A stretch of 24,899 bases of DNA from an uncultured bacterium (GTDB taxonomy: Bacteria > Fidelibacterota > UBA2242 > JAFGTP01), in assembly GCA_964438745.1 (NCBI GenBank), contig CAYTLS010000001.1, positions 1-24,899 of the forward strand, given 5' to 3'. Below are positions 1 through 8,729 of the stretch, in pieces. The position numbers and the translations under genes are program-made. Below the pieces are notes generated by a model. The model saw nothing but the letters and a program-made list of their open reading frames with translations. It had not been told where the DNA came from and did not search any database. Numbering within the stretch: the first letter of the stretch is position 1; each line of letters opens with the position of its first letter.

Positions 1-10
1 CATTGAAGCT

Positions 11-967
11 ATGGAATTAAACAATGTAAAGGATATTATCGGATATCGACTGGGGGAAACCGTTCACTGTATTAACGCGAATTTGATGGAGGGGGGCTGT
101 GGCACCAGTGAGTATTGCGCTTCCTGCGGCGCTGCGATCTCGATGGTATCGTCACTGGAAAAAAAATCAACATCCGAACAGTTATGCTCAATCAGAGTGC
201 AGAATAATGGCACACAAAACAATATATACTTTAAAGTAAAATCAGCCCACATTAAAGTTAATGACGAAAACTTTGTATTGATTTTTCTGGAAGATGTTAC
301 CCAAAATCAAAAAATGGCTGAGCTGGAACAGGTCTTTTTTCATGATATCTTCAACAAAGTATCAGGTATCATCAATGGTTGTGAAATTTTAAAATACCAA
401 AGTACCGAAAATACTGAAATCATTCAAATTATTTATGATCTCACTTATCAAATGGTGCGGGAAATTGATTTTCAACGGAAAATTATAAAAAATGAAAATA
501 ATGAAATTGCAGCGGACATCGATATTGTTTCTTTAGCCACTGTTTACCAGGAAATAAAACGTGTATTTAGTAATCACAGCGTCATAGAAAACAGGCTGTT
601 GACCTTTCCTGACACTATTGAAAACATCCGCTTTTATTCCGATATATCGATCATTGTGAGGGTTTTGACCAATATGATCAAAAACGCGCTGGAATCCACT
701 CCAAAAGGCGGTCAGGTGATTGTTTCACATCGGTCCAGTTCCGATTACATTTCAATCGAAGTTTGGAATGAAAAATTCATTGAACCAAAGATTGCCAAAC
801 AAATTTTCAGACGGAATTTTACGACAAAAAAAGGCCCCGGCCATGGTTTCGGTACTTTTTCCATGAAATTACTGGGCGAGGAAATGCTGGGAGGCAAAAT
901 TAGTTTTGCGACCTCAGTGGAAAAGGGAACCACCTTCCGGTTTGATATTCCCAATGAAAAGCCATAA
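11..967 (+). CDS. Sensor histidine kinase (PAS-like Cys-rich region + HisKA + HATPase_c); probably 5'-truncated by the window edge
   Basis: H-box FFHDIFN, N-box VLTNMIKNALE, F-box QIFRRNFTTK, G2 GPGHGFGTFS. The frame is open upstream of the ATG to the window start (att gaa gct atg). Confidence 0.9.
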   Translation: MELNNVKDIIGYRLGETVHCINANLMEGGCGTSEYCASCGAAISMVSSLEKKSTSEQLCSIRVQNNGTQNNIYFKVKSAHIKVNDENFVLIFLEDVTQNQKMAELEQVFFHDIFNKVSGIINGCEILKYQSTENTEIIQIIYDLTYQMVREIDFQRKIIKNENNEIAADIDIVSLATVYQEIKRVFSNHSVIENRLLTFPDTIENIRFYSDISIIVRVLTNMIKNALESTPKGGQVIVSHRSSSDYISIEVWNEKFIEPKIAKQIFRRNFTTKKGPGHGFGTFSMKLLGEEMLGGKISFATSVEKGTTFRFDIPNEKP

Positions 968-998
968 AAAAATACCGGCAAGTAATACCCTGCCGGTA
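967..998 (-). terminator. Intrinsic terminator, mainly for the minus-strand ECF operon
   Basis: Stem TACCGGCA (973-980) / TGCCGGTA (991-998) with a 10-nt loop. The plus-strand A-run gives a U-tract on the minus strand. Lies between convergent genes. Confidence 0.8.
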
Positions 999-1015
999 CT
1001 CTATTCATTATAATT

Positions 1016-2362
1016 CTATTTAACGACAAATCGTTGTGCAAATTCTGAATAGTCAATTTTCCCCGCAGTGTAATCAAGCACATCCTGTTTTTTGCATGAG
1101 AGATTTCTTTCTTGCTTTGCACTGGTGTTGTTCAAATTGATCTTAACGCTGATCTTTTCATCCGGCTGAACACTTTTCAGTGTTGCTCCGTAGATCGACA
1201 ATGTTTTTATAATATCTTCCTGGGTTTTATCCATAATAGAATCCAGTTCCGTCGCAGAAAATTCAGAACCGGAAAACGAAATAATATCAGTTTCAATATC
1301 ACCCTCCAGATCACTCTCAACCTGAACATTGATATCGATGTTTTCATTATCATCAGAGGATGCAACAATATGAGAATCTTTGTCAGTTTTATATTTGTAT
1401 TTATGGACGCTGGTTTTATTGTCTTTTTCTTGCTCCTTATCTGCTTTTACTTTGAAGTTTTCCAGTTTCTTTTGAGCCTTTTCCAATTCTTGCTGCACAT
1501 TTTCCATTTTCTTCTGAATTACTTTGGTATTGACCTGGAATGGGAAAAATTCTGTATTTCCGGCAATCGGCACATTAAATACGGCACCAAAGCCTTCAAG
1601 ATAAAAACCAGTGCTCTTGTTGCGCTTGTTCCAGAATTCAGATTTCTTTTCCAGAAAAGTATCAAAAATATTTGTCATCACTTCAATATCCTTTTTCTGA
1701 TTATCACTGGTTGGCGCATTGAAAATTAATTTTTGTTCAAGTTTACTCTCATCCATTTTACCCCGATAAAATCGTTTCAGATCCGCGACAGTGGCCGTCA
1801 TTTGTATCACCGCCGGAATATTGTACTTCCTATCCAGATGACGACTACGGTCTACTTTGAGATTGACCATGATCTTTTCAGACTCTTTCATTTCCAGGGT
1901 GCCGCGAGTATAGTTGAAGAAAAATTCCAACAGGATTTCTTTTACCATCTCCAGTTTCTTGTCAATTTCCGCCTGGGTATCCTGCTTTTTTTGTTCCAGT
2001 TTCTGTTGTTGCTCTTTGATTCTTTTCCGGTCTTCCTCTTCTTGATCACTGAGTTGAATCCTGCCATCTTCATCAATAATAGGAATCGGGGGCAATTCAG
2101 GAATTCTTAATTCCAACTGCTCACCTAAATTAAAGAAACCGGCGCTTTCAACAGTCAACACAATGCCATAATCATCATAATATTCCCCCTGAAATCTGTC
2201 TCCATAGGAGAAAAATATCGGACTGTCTTCCACAATCATCTTATCCAGAATATTTTCCATTATCGCAATATCCTTTTCCATACTCATGGGCATTGCAATT
2301 GCTGTCCGGCCCAATAAAAATGAAAGCGTAACGAAAAGGGTAATTAATTTTATAGTTTTCAT
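1016..2362 (-). CDS. Exported hypothetical protein with an internal two-fold domain duplication, third gene of the ECF operon
   Basis: 448-aa ORF with an N-terminal signal peptide (MKTIKLITLFVTLSFLLGRTAIA) and RBS-like AGGAG upstream. It starts 32 bp after the anti-sigma stop. Repeated motifs KDIAIMENILD / KDIEVMTNIFD. Confidence 0.85.
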   Translation of the reverse strand: MKTIKLITLFVTLSFLLGRTAIAMPMSMEKDIAIMENILDKMIVEDSPIFFSYGDRFQGEYYDDYGIVLTVESAGFFNLGEQLELRIPELPPIPIIDEDGRIQLSDQEEEDRKRIKEQQQKLEQKKQDTQAEIDKKLEMVKEILLEFFFNYTRGTLEMKESEKIMVNLKVDRSRHLDRKYNIPAVIQMTATVADLKRFYRGKMDESKLEQKLIFNAPTSDNQKKDIEVMTNIFDTFLEKKSEFWNKRNKSTGFYLEGFGAVFNVPIAGNTEFFPFQVNTKVIQKKMENVQQELEKAQKKLENFKVKADKEQEKDNKTSVHKYKYKTDKDSHIVASSDDNENIDINVQVESDLEGDIETDIISFSGSEFSATELDSIMDKTQEDIIKTLSIYGATLKSVQPDEKISVKINLNNTSAKQERNLSCKKQDVLDYTAGKIDYSEFAQRFVVK

Positions 2363-2394
2363 TTTAGAACTCCTTTATTAAAAAATGTTGATGT

Positions 2395-3057
2395 TTATTT
2401 TGAGCGTCCGGTGTTTAATAAATTTATAATTTCATCGACCGTGTGACTCGTCTGCTGTATTCTTATATCATTGGCTTTGTAAGCATGATTAACAGTACCC
2501 AGCAATTCTTCATATTCGCGGCTGCGTTCCTTGCGCATTTCCGTCAGCAAATTTCTCAGCATGACCACGGTTTGCTTTTCATCCCTGGCTTGGTAGGATT
2601 CCAAAAGTTGGGTGGTGAGTTTATAATTTTCATACTGTATTTTTTCTAACATTTCAGGAGTAAGTTCCTGCTGGGGTGTGGCCGTTTCCCGGGAGGTTAG
2701 CAACGCGGTCTGAAAGGTGAATCCATCATCCGTCACTTCGATTTTTGTATTGAATAAGGCCATGATAAAAAGAATTACGGCAAAGCCCAGCCCAATCTTT
2801 TTAACCCTTCCAAAATCCGGTATTAATTTTTGGAGAATCGCTGCCCATGAACTCTCTTCTTGAGTGAATGTCAATTGTACCGGTACCGGTTCATCTTTCC
2901 ATTGATTGAGAAAGTCAGGAACAGTAACCAACTCTTGATATTTTTTCCGGCATTCGCCACAGTGCTGCAAATGCTCTTCTATTTTTTGTTTGTTATCCGG
3001 ACTGATCTCATCATAGATCATATCCATGATCAATCGTTTATAATCTTTACATTTCAT
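2395..3057 (-). CDS. Zinc-binding anti-sigma factor (ZAS / zf-HC2) with a single TM helix and a coiled-coil C-terminal region
   Basis: N-terminal C-x(26)-HLQHCGEC (HxxxCxxC) motif and TM segment IGLGFAVILFIMALF. Overlaps the sigma stop by 11 bp. Confidence 0.9.
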   Translation of the reverse strand: MKCKDYKRLIMDMIYDEISPDNKQKIEEHLQHCGECRKKYQELVTVPDFLNQWKDEPVPVQLTFTQEESSWAAILQKLIPDFGRVKKIGLGFAVILFIMALFNTKIEVTDDGFTFQTALLTSRETATPQQELTPEMLEKIQYENYKLTTQLLESYQARDEKQTVVMLRNLLTEMRKERSREYEELLGTVNHAYKANDIRIQQTSHTVDEIINLLNTGRSK

Positions 3058-3616
3058 AGCCGAGGTCCTCCTTTCCTATTCCCCATTTCACGATAACTTT
3101 ACGAAGAGCATTCAGTCCGTAATACATACGCGCTTTCACAGTATTGACCGGTTCATTGAGAATAGATGCAATCTCAGTGAACTTCAGGTTATGGTACTGT
3201 TTCATGATAATAACAACACGTTGTTCTCTGGGAATAGTTTGCAATGCTTGTTTTATTATTAAATTTGATGTCTGATCATTGGTTTTGAATTGATGTTCTT
3301 TTCCAGGATTAAATTCCAGGTCATCATTGATTGTTATTTCTGAAAAATTTATTTCCCTTTTCTTGCGGAAATAATTTTTACTCTGATTAATCGCAATAGA
3401 GTAAAGCCAGGATTTAAATTTTTCCCGCTCTTTCAACTTTTTTAATTTTTTATACATCAGGACAAAGGTCTGTTGCATGATATCCCCCGCCACTTCCCGG
3501 TCACCAATATATTTAAGCAGAAAATTAAACAGTTGGCCCTGGTGCTTTCTGACCAGAACATTGAAAGCGGAAATATCGCCTTCTAAATAGTTTGCTATTA
3601 ATTCTTCATTTTTCAT
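3047..3616 (-). CDS. ECF (sigma-70 family group 4) RNA polymerase sigma factor
   Basis: 189 aa; region 2 (GDISAFNVLV..DIMQQTF..FKSWLYSIAIN) and region 4 (QRVVIIMKQYHNLKFTEIASILNEPVNTVKARMYYG). Confidence 0.95.
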   Translation of the reverse strand: MKNEELIANYLEGDISAFNVLVRKHQGQLFNFLLKYIGDREVAGDIMQQTFVLMYKKLKKLKEREKFKSWLYSIAINQSKNYFRKKREINFSEITINDDLEFNPGKEHQFKTNDQTSNLIIKQALQTIPREQRVVIIMKQYHNLKFTEIASILNEPVNTVKARMYYGLNALRKVIVKWGIGKEDLGYEM

Positions 3617-3625
3617 AATTGTCCC

Positions 3626-3653
3626 TTAGACCCACCTTAAGGAAAAAAAGTTT
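3626..3653 (-). promoter_or_regulatory. Putative ECF-dependent autoregulatory promoter AAACTT-N16-GTCTAA
   Basis: Minus strand reads AAACTT (3653-3648), a 16-nt spacer, then GTCTAA (3631-3626), ending 9 nt before the sigma ATG. Matches the general ECF -35 AAC / -10 GTC pattern. Confidence 0.7.
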
Positions 3654-3797
3654 TAAATAAAATTTATTTTTAATGGCAGTGGTATTTTTTTCTAAACACA
3701 ACGAAGAAAGAATATGATAATTTTGCAATTTTGTTGATTAGAAAAAATCTATTCAGAGGTGCAGCCCTATTTAAATAATAGCAATATTAGTAAATAA

Positions 3798-3830
3798 TTT
3801 GAACTAGTGCATAATATGCACAGATTCAAA
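3798..3830. promoter_or_regulatory. 33-bp imperfect palindrome, candidate transcription-factor operator
   Basis: TTTGAA-cta-GTGCATA-a-TATGCAC-aga-TTCAAA, in the divergent sigma/galE intergenic region. Confidence 0.45.
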
Positions 3831-4061
3831 TCTATTAAAACAACTAGATTAGAGAAAAGTAACAAAATAATCACCATAACTTCCCTCGGTTGCAACATTT
3901 TTAGCGTATTTTGTTTTTTTTGTGGTAGAAGAATCTGTCCAACTGTTCGTATTTTCCGGACAGTTTAATCAGCCCTATCACATTAAACTAAATTTTACAA
4001 AAATATGACAAATAATTTTTGGTAATCCTTAGATTTAATTTTAACTTTTACTCCCCGATTA

Positions 4062-4086
4062 TGGTATAACAAAATTGAAAAGAGGA
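4062..4086 (+). promoter_or_regulatory. Extended -10 promoter element and RBS for galE
   Basis: TGgTATAAC at 4062-4070; AGAGGA at 4081-4086, 5 nt before the ATG at 4092. Confidence 0.5.
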
Positions 4087-4091
4087 CGCCC

Positions 4092-5105
4092 ATGAAAATT
4101 TTAGTGACAGGTGGAGCCGGCTATATCGGAAGCCATACATCCGTGGAATTATTAAATGCCGGCCATGAGATCGTTATAGTTGATAATCTATCCAATAGTC
4201 ATAAAGAAGCTGTTAATCGCATTTCAGAAATTACCGGCAAAGAAGTGACATTTTATGAAATGAATATTCTCGATAAAACAGCTTTGGAAAAGGTCTTTGA
4301 AAAACACTCCTTTGATGCGGTCATTCATTTTGCCGCCCTCAAAGCGGTTGGTGAATCGGTTGAGAAACCGCTGCTCTATTATCACAACAATATTACCGGC
4401 TCAATTACGCTTTGCGATGTGATGGGAAAATATAATGTCAAAAACATTGTTTTTAGCTCCTCGGCAACAGTCTATGGCGATCCGGCAAGTGTACCGATCA
4501 AGGAGAATTTCCCTGTTTCAACGACCAATCCCTATGGCACTACGAAACTAACGATGGAAACCATTTTACGGGACTTGTATAAAGCCGATGAAAGATGGAA
4601 TATCGCTATTCTACGCTATTTTAATCCGATTGGCGCCCATTCATCGGGAAAAATCGGAGAAGATCCCAATGGCATTCCCAATAATCTAATGCCCTACATA
4701 TCACAGGTTGCCATTGGAAAACTTCAGCGACTGTCTGTTTTTGGTGATGATTATCCAACTGTAGACGGTACCGGCGTTCGGGACTATATCCATGTCACCG
4801 ACCTGGCTAAAGGCCATCTGGCCGCTCTGGACAAATTATCCCAGAATCCCGGTGAAGTCACTTACAACCTGGGAACCGGCAAGGGTTACAGTGTTCTGCA
4901 AATGATTACAGCTTTTGAAAAAGCATCCGGCAAAAAAGTACCTTACAAGATAGTTGACCGTCGCGCCGGCGATATTGCCGAATGCTGGGCAGATCCGGCA
5001 AAAGCAAAAACGGAACTGGGCTGGCAGGCCGAAATGGATCTTGACGATATGTGCCGGGACGCCTGGCGCTGGCAATCCAACAATCCCAAGGGCTATAACG
5101 ACTAA
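4092..5105 (+). CDS. galE: UDP-glucose 4-epimerase
   Basis: [10 protein letters not shown] Rossmann motif, FSSSATVYG, catalytic [23 protein letters not shown]; full length 337 aa. Confidence 0.97.
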   Translation: MKILVTGGAGYIGSHTSVELLNAGHEIVIVDNLSNSHKEAVNRISEITGKEVTFYEMNILDKTALEKVFEKHSFDAVIHFAALKAVGESVEKPLLYYHNNITGSITLCDVMGKYNVKNIVFSSSATVYGDPASVPIKENFPVSTTNPYGTTKLTMETILRDLYKADERWNIAILRYFNPIGAHSSGKIGEDPNGIPNNLMPYISQVAIGKLQRLSVFGDDYPTVDGTGVRDYIHVTDLAKGHLAALDKLSQNPGEVTYNLGTGKGYSVLQMITAFEKASGKKVPYKIVDRRAGDIAECWADPAKAKTELGWQAEMDLDDMCRDAWRWQSNNPKGYND

Positions 5106-5115
5106 GGCAAGAAAT

Positions 5116-5151
5116 AAGGTTAAGGTTAAGGTTAAGGTTGAGGTTGAGGTT
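5116..5151. repeat. Intergenic hexamer tandem repeat (AAGGTT)4(GAGGTT)2
   Basis: Six contiguous 6-bp units read directly between the galE stop and the hemolysin-III RBS. Confidence 0.95.
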
Positions 5152-5205
5152 CAAATACCTAAGGAAAAATTATAAAGAATTTTAATAAACTGTAAGGAAC
5201 AAATA

Positions 5206-5856
5206 ATGGATGGAAAAGATCCCATTAAATATGATAAAAAAGAAGAAATAGTCAATTCCATTAGTCACGGAATTGGCGCTGCCCTGGCAATTGCCGCTCT
5301 CGTTATACTAGTTGTTTTGGCAGTTAAAGAGGGCGATACCTGGCGGATAGTGAGTTTTTCGATCTATGGTAGTTCCATGATTCTCTTGTACCTCTCCTCC
5401 ACATTTTATCATGCATTTAGAAATCCAAGAGTAAAATCTATTTTCAAAGTATTTGATCATGCCTCGATTTATTTATTGATTGCCGGCACATACACCCCTT
5501 ATTTGCTGGTAAGTCTCCGTGGTCCCTGGGGATGGAGTTTATTCGGTGTCATCTGGGGACTGGCTTTTTTAGGCGTCATTTTTAAATTTTTCTTTGTCCA
5601 TCGATTCAACCGCATTTCTACATTTATCTATATTGCCATGGGCTGGTTAGTGATCATTGCCATGAAAGAAATGTTCAGCGTGTTGGATATCAGGGGAATT
5701 ATGTGGCTGTTTATCGGCGGATTATTTTATACAGCCGGAACGATTTTTTATCTGAATAAAACTGTTAAATACAGCCATGCGGTCTGGCATTTATTCGTAT
5801 TAATGGGCTCGATGTCCCACTTTTTTTCAATTCTTTTTTATGTACTGCCGAATTAA
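5206..5856 (+). CDS. Hemolysin III / PAQR family membrane protein (TrhA/YqfA-like)
   Basis: Motifs EEIVNSISHGIG, STFYH, FDHASIYLLIAGTYTP, HAVWHLFV; about 7 TM segments. Confidence 0.95.
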   Translation: MDGKDPIKYDKKEEIVNSISHGIGAALAIAALVILVVLAVKEGDTWRIVSFSIYGSSMILLYLSSTFYHAFRNPRVKSIFKVFDHASIYLLIAGTYTPYLLVSLRGPWGWSLFGVIWGLAFLGVIFKFFFVHRFNRISTFIYIAMGWLVIIAMKEMFSVLDIRGIMWLFIGGLFYTAGTIFYLNKTVKYSHAVWHLFVLMGSMSHFFSILFYVLPN

Positions 5857-5875
5857 CCGGAAATGATCTGCAAAA

Positions 5876-7342
5876 TCAGGTACTAAGCCCCTGTTCACCA
5901 TCCAATTCATGGGCCAACTGTTTTGCCTCTTTCATCATGGGAGAATCCGGGTCCGCACCAGACCATAAACTAAAAAAATGATCCAGGTAAAATCCGGCTT
6001 TTTGGTCTTTTCCCTGTTGATGATAAAATTTGCTAATATTTAATAAGGAAACCGGATTATTGGGATTCTTCTCGAGAATTTCCAAAAACCCTTTTATCGC
6101 TTCATCAATCTTGCCGTCTCTCCCCAGCGAGGTATAATATTTATTCTCTAATTTTTCCGGATAAATATCTGATAGTATGGCGGCGGCAGTTTTAAAATTG
6201 TCTGCTGCAATGGCATAATTTCCCCGGGCAAAAGCCAATTCGCCCTGGAGTATCGCAATATATTTCACATAATGCTTATTTTTGCTCTGGTTTTTTGAAT
6301 AAAAATTATTGATCTCTTTTTCGGCCGCCCCATAATTATTATCTGCAATATCCAGGATGATTTTCATATAATTAGCTTCAAACCGGGAAATCTGCCCTTT
6401 TATGCGTTCATATTCTACCCGCATTTTATCGATTTCATTTAATTCATAATAAAGGTTGAACAGAAAATGATTGATCTGATGAATCTGCTGAACCGGGGAA
6501 TGAAGTTCTTTCGCGATTTCGGCATGACCAATCGCTTCATCATATTGTCCCAGGTATTTATAGGCATCGGCAATCTTCAAGTAGATTGTTGCGGACATAA
6601 ATTTATTCTGGTTCAGTAGTTCTTTCTTCGTATCAATCAGTTTATTTAATAATTTGATCGTTTCGTGATAACGGCCTGTGATCAGATAAAATTCCGCTAA
6701 ACTGTCCCAGGGGTTCAGAATATTAGGCGCCACTTCTAAATATTTGCGGAAATATTCGAGGGCGTCCCGATAATATCCCTGTAAAGCATAAGTATACCCA
6801 ACCATATTATAGGCCATGGCATATTGAGGATGATCTTCCAGAATATTAAAATATTCTTTGCGGGCCTTTGTATAATCAGCCTGCCGGAATGCTTGCTGAG
6901 CCTTGATCACTTTTGAATCCAGACGATTTGGAAATTCAGTTAGCAGAGAGTCTTCGATTCGTAAGGCTTTTTCCCGGTTAAATTGAAAATTGGCCCGGGC
7001 TCTTGCAATCAGCAATTGTTCAAACCGTGAGGCATTATGCATATTTTCGAAGGCTTTGTTCAGAAAATATTTGACACTATCCTTGCCTCCTGTATCATAA
7101 TAAATATCCGCCAGCATCAATGAAACGATCGCGAAATTGGAATCAGCCTGAAACGCGTCCAAATAGAGATCTTTGGCTTTTTCATGATTGAAAGCATTAT
7201 GAAAGTCTTTTCCTTTTAGAAAATTTTCTCGTGCTATTGATGATTCAGTTGTCCATTTTTCTTGCTTTGAACATCCGGCAGTGAATAATATGATAAGCAA
7301 TAATGCCGTCATTGTGTTGATATTTAACTTTATTTTTAACAT
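5876..7342 (-). CDS. TPR-repeat lipoprotein
   Basis: Hydrophobic signal with lipobox TAG-C24; multiple TPR-like helices (AMAYNMVGYTYALQGYYRDALEYFRKYLEVAP; SLAEFYLITGRYHETIK). Confidence 0.85.
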   Translation of the reverse strand: MLKIKLNINTMTALLLIILFTAGCSKQEKWTTESSIARENFLKGKDFHNAFNHEKAKDLYLDAFQADSNFAIVSLMLADIYYDTGGKDSVKYFLNKAFENMHNASRFEQLLIARARANFQFNREKALRIEDSLLTEFPNRLDSKVIKAQQAFRQADYTKARKEYFNILEDHPQYAMAYNMVGYTYALQGYYRDALEYFRKYLEVAPNILNPWDSLAEFYLITGRYHETIKLLNKLIDTKKELLNQNKFMSATIYLKIADAYKYLGQYDEAIGHAEIAKELHSPVQQIHQINHFLFNLYYELNEIDKMRVEYERIKGQISRFEANYMKIILDIADNNYGAAEKEINNFYSKNQSKNKHYVKYIAILQGELAFARGNYAIAADNFKTAAAILSDIYPEKLENKYYTSLGRDGKIDEAIKGFLEILEKNPNNPVSLLNISKFYHQQGKDQKAGFYLDHFFSLWSGADPDSPMMKEAKQLAHELDGEQGLST

Positions 7343-7454
7343 AATTTATTTTAAAGGAATAAAGGAAGAAATACAACCAATATTTTATTTTTAAACTAAA
7401 GGAATATTAATATATTTGTTGGATTAAAAAAATCCTTCAAACTGGAACAAAAAT

Positions 7455-8702
7455 ATGACACAGATCAGACAACTCGTAATGCTTCATTACTCAATACCAC
7501 CGGTGGTCGGCGGTGTGGAATTTATGCTGGAACCCCTGGCACAACTGTTTGCCAAAAATGGCTGGTATGTCTCTATGCTGACCGGGAAAGGCAATATTAA
7601 CAATAAAAATATTAAAACCACTAATATTCCGGAACTATTCCCCGGGAATCCTTACGTGAAAAATATGCAAAAAATGCTGACCAGCGGATCACTGCCGGAG
7701 AATTATGAACTGGCGGTAACAAATTTTGAAAAAAAACTGGTTACACATATTGGCGATATTGAAAATATCATTATCCATAACATGATGACGATGCCTTTTA
7801 ACTTGGTTGCTACTGAAGCATTACACAATTACATCAATAATAATCCTCATAAAAACTTTTATGTATGGATTCATGACATGGCCTGGCTAATGGAAGATTA
7901 TAAGCAGAATCTGTTCAATCGAAAACCATGGTCCATTCTTCGCACAGCCTCAAAAAACGTGACTTATATTACCATTTCCCGGTTTCGAAAAAAACAAGCG
8001 GTAAAGTTGTTGGAGTTACCTCCCAATAAAATTGAAATTATTCCAAACGGAATCAATCTCACCGGCTTTCTCAATCTACATGATTCCACCCATCAATTCC
8101 TGAACCGGCTCAGTGCCGAACAAATATCTAAAATGATCCTGGTACCTGTCCGGATATTACCACGAAAAAATCTGAATCGTACCATTGACATCATTGGAGC
8201 ATTAGCCGCCAGGGATACTAACATTACAGCTGTCATTGCCGGTTCACCTGATTTTTCTGACCCGGTTTCTATTGATTATTATACAACAATCAAAGAATAT
8301 GTCAAAGACCGTCAGTTAGAAAAAAATATTCTGTTTCTACATGAAATAGTAGAGGATATTCAGATTGGAGAAGTAGGCAACCGACAGATGGTTCACGATC
8401 TTTTTCAGATATCGATGATGGTCATGCTTCTGAGTAAAGATGAAGGCTTTGGTATGCCGTTACTGGAAGCCGGCATCGTGAAAACACCCCTGGTCCTGTC
8501 AGAACTTGAGGTTTTCCAGGAAATTTCCGGTGATAATGCAATCTATATTTCTGACCTGGAGCCGGTCAAAGAAAGCGCAGATAAGATCTACGAGGAGATT
8601 CTGGCCAATCCGCAAAAGAACCAAAGGATGTTCGGTAAAATCATGAAAAACTTCACCTGGGATTCGATCTGGAATACCTATATTCAGAAAATTTTCAAAT
8701 AA
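7455..8702 (+). CDS. Glycosyltransferase family 4 (GT-B, retaining)
   Basis: N-terminal PPVVGGVE, IIPNGIN, RILPRKN, and the E-x7-E motif EGFGMPLLE. Confidence 0.92.
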   Translation: MTQIRQLVMLHYSIPPVVGGVEFMLEPLAQLFAKNGWYVSMLTGKGNINNKNIKTTNIPELFPGNPYVKNMQKMLTSGSLPENYELAVTNFEKKLVTHIGDIENIIIHNMMTMPFNLVATEALHNYINNNPHKNFYVWIHDMAWLMEDYKQNLFNRKPWSILRTASKNVTYITISRFRKKQAVKLLELPPNKIEIIPNGINLTGFLNLHDSTHQFLNRLSAEQISKMILVPVRILPRKNLNRTIDIIGALAARDTNITAVIAGSPDFSDPVSIDYYTTIKEYVKDRQLEKNILFLHEIVEDIQIGEVGNRQMVHDLFQISMMVMLLSKDEGFGMPLLEAGIVKTPLVLSELEVFQEISGDNAIYISDLEPVKESADKIYEEILANPQKNQRMFGKIMKNFTWDSIWNTYIQKIFK

Positions 8703-8729
8703 TCGACTTCTTCATTTCGATAAAAAAGG

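Noticed and set aside
4042-4069. TAACTT-N16-GTATAA upstream of galE, resembling the ECF promoter
   Set aside because: It lacks the conserved C of GTC and is better explained as a sigma-70 extended -10 (TGnTATAAC). Kept only as a weak possibility.
4906-5175. ORFs with NLNLNL or KVKVKVEVEV repeats
   Set aside because: These are translations of the hexamer microsatellite overlapping galE, not credible proteins.
7324-7340. Two TTAAC motifs near the TPR/GT4 divergent region
   Set aside because: The spacing is 12 bp rather than 11 and both lie in the TPR coding start, so this is not a Pho-box-like array.
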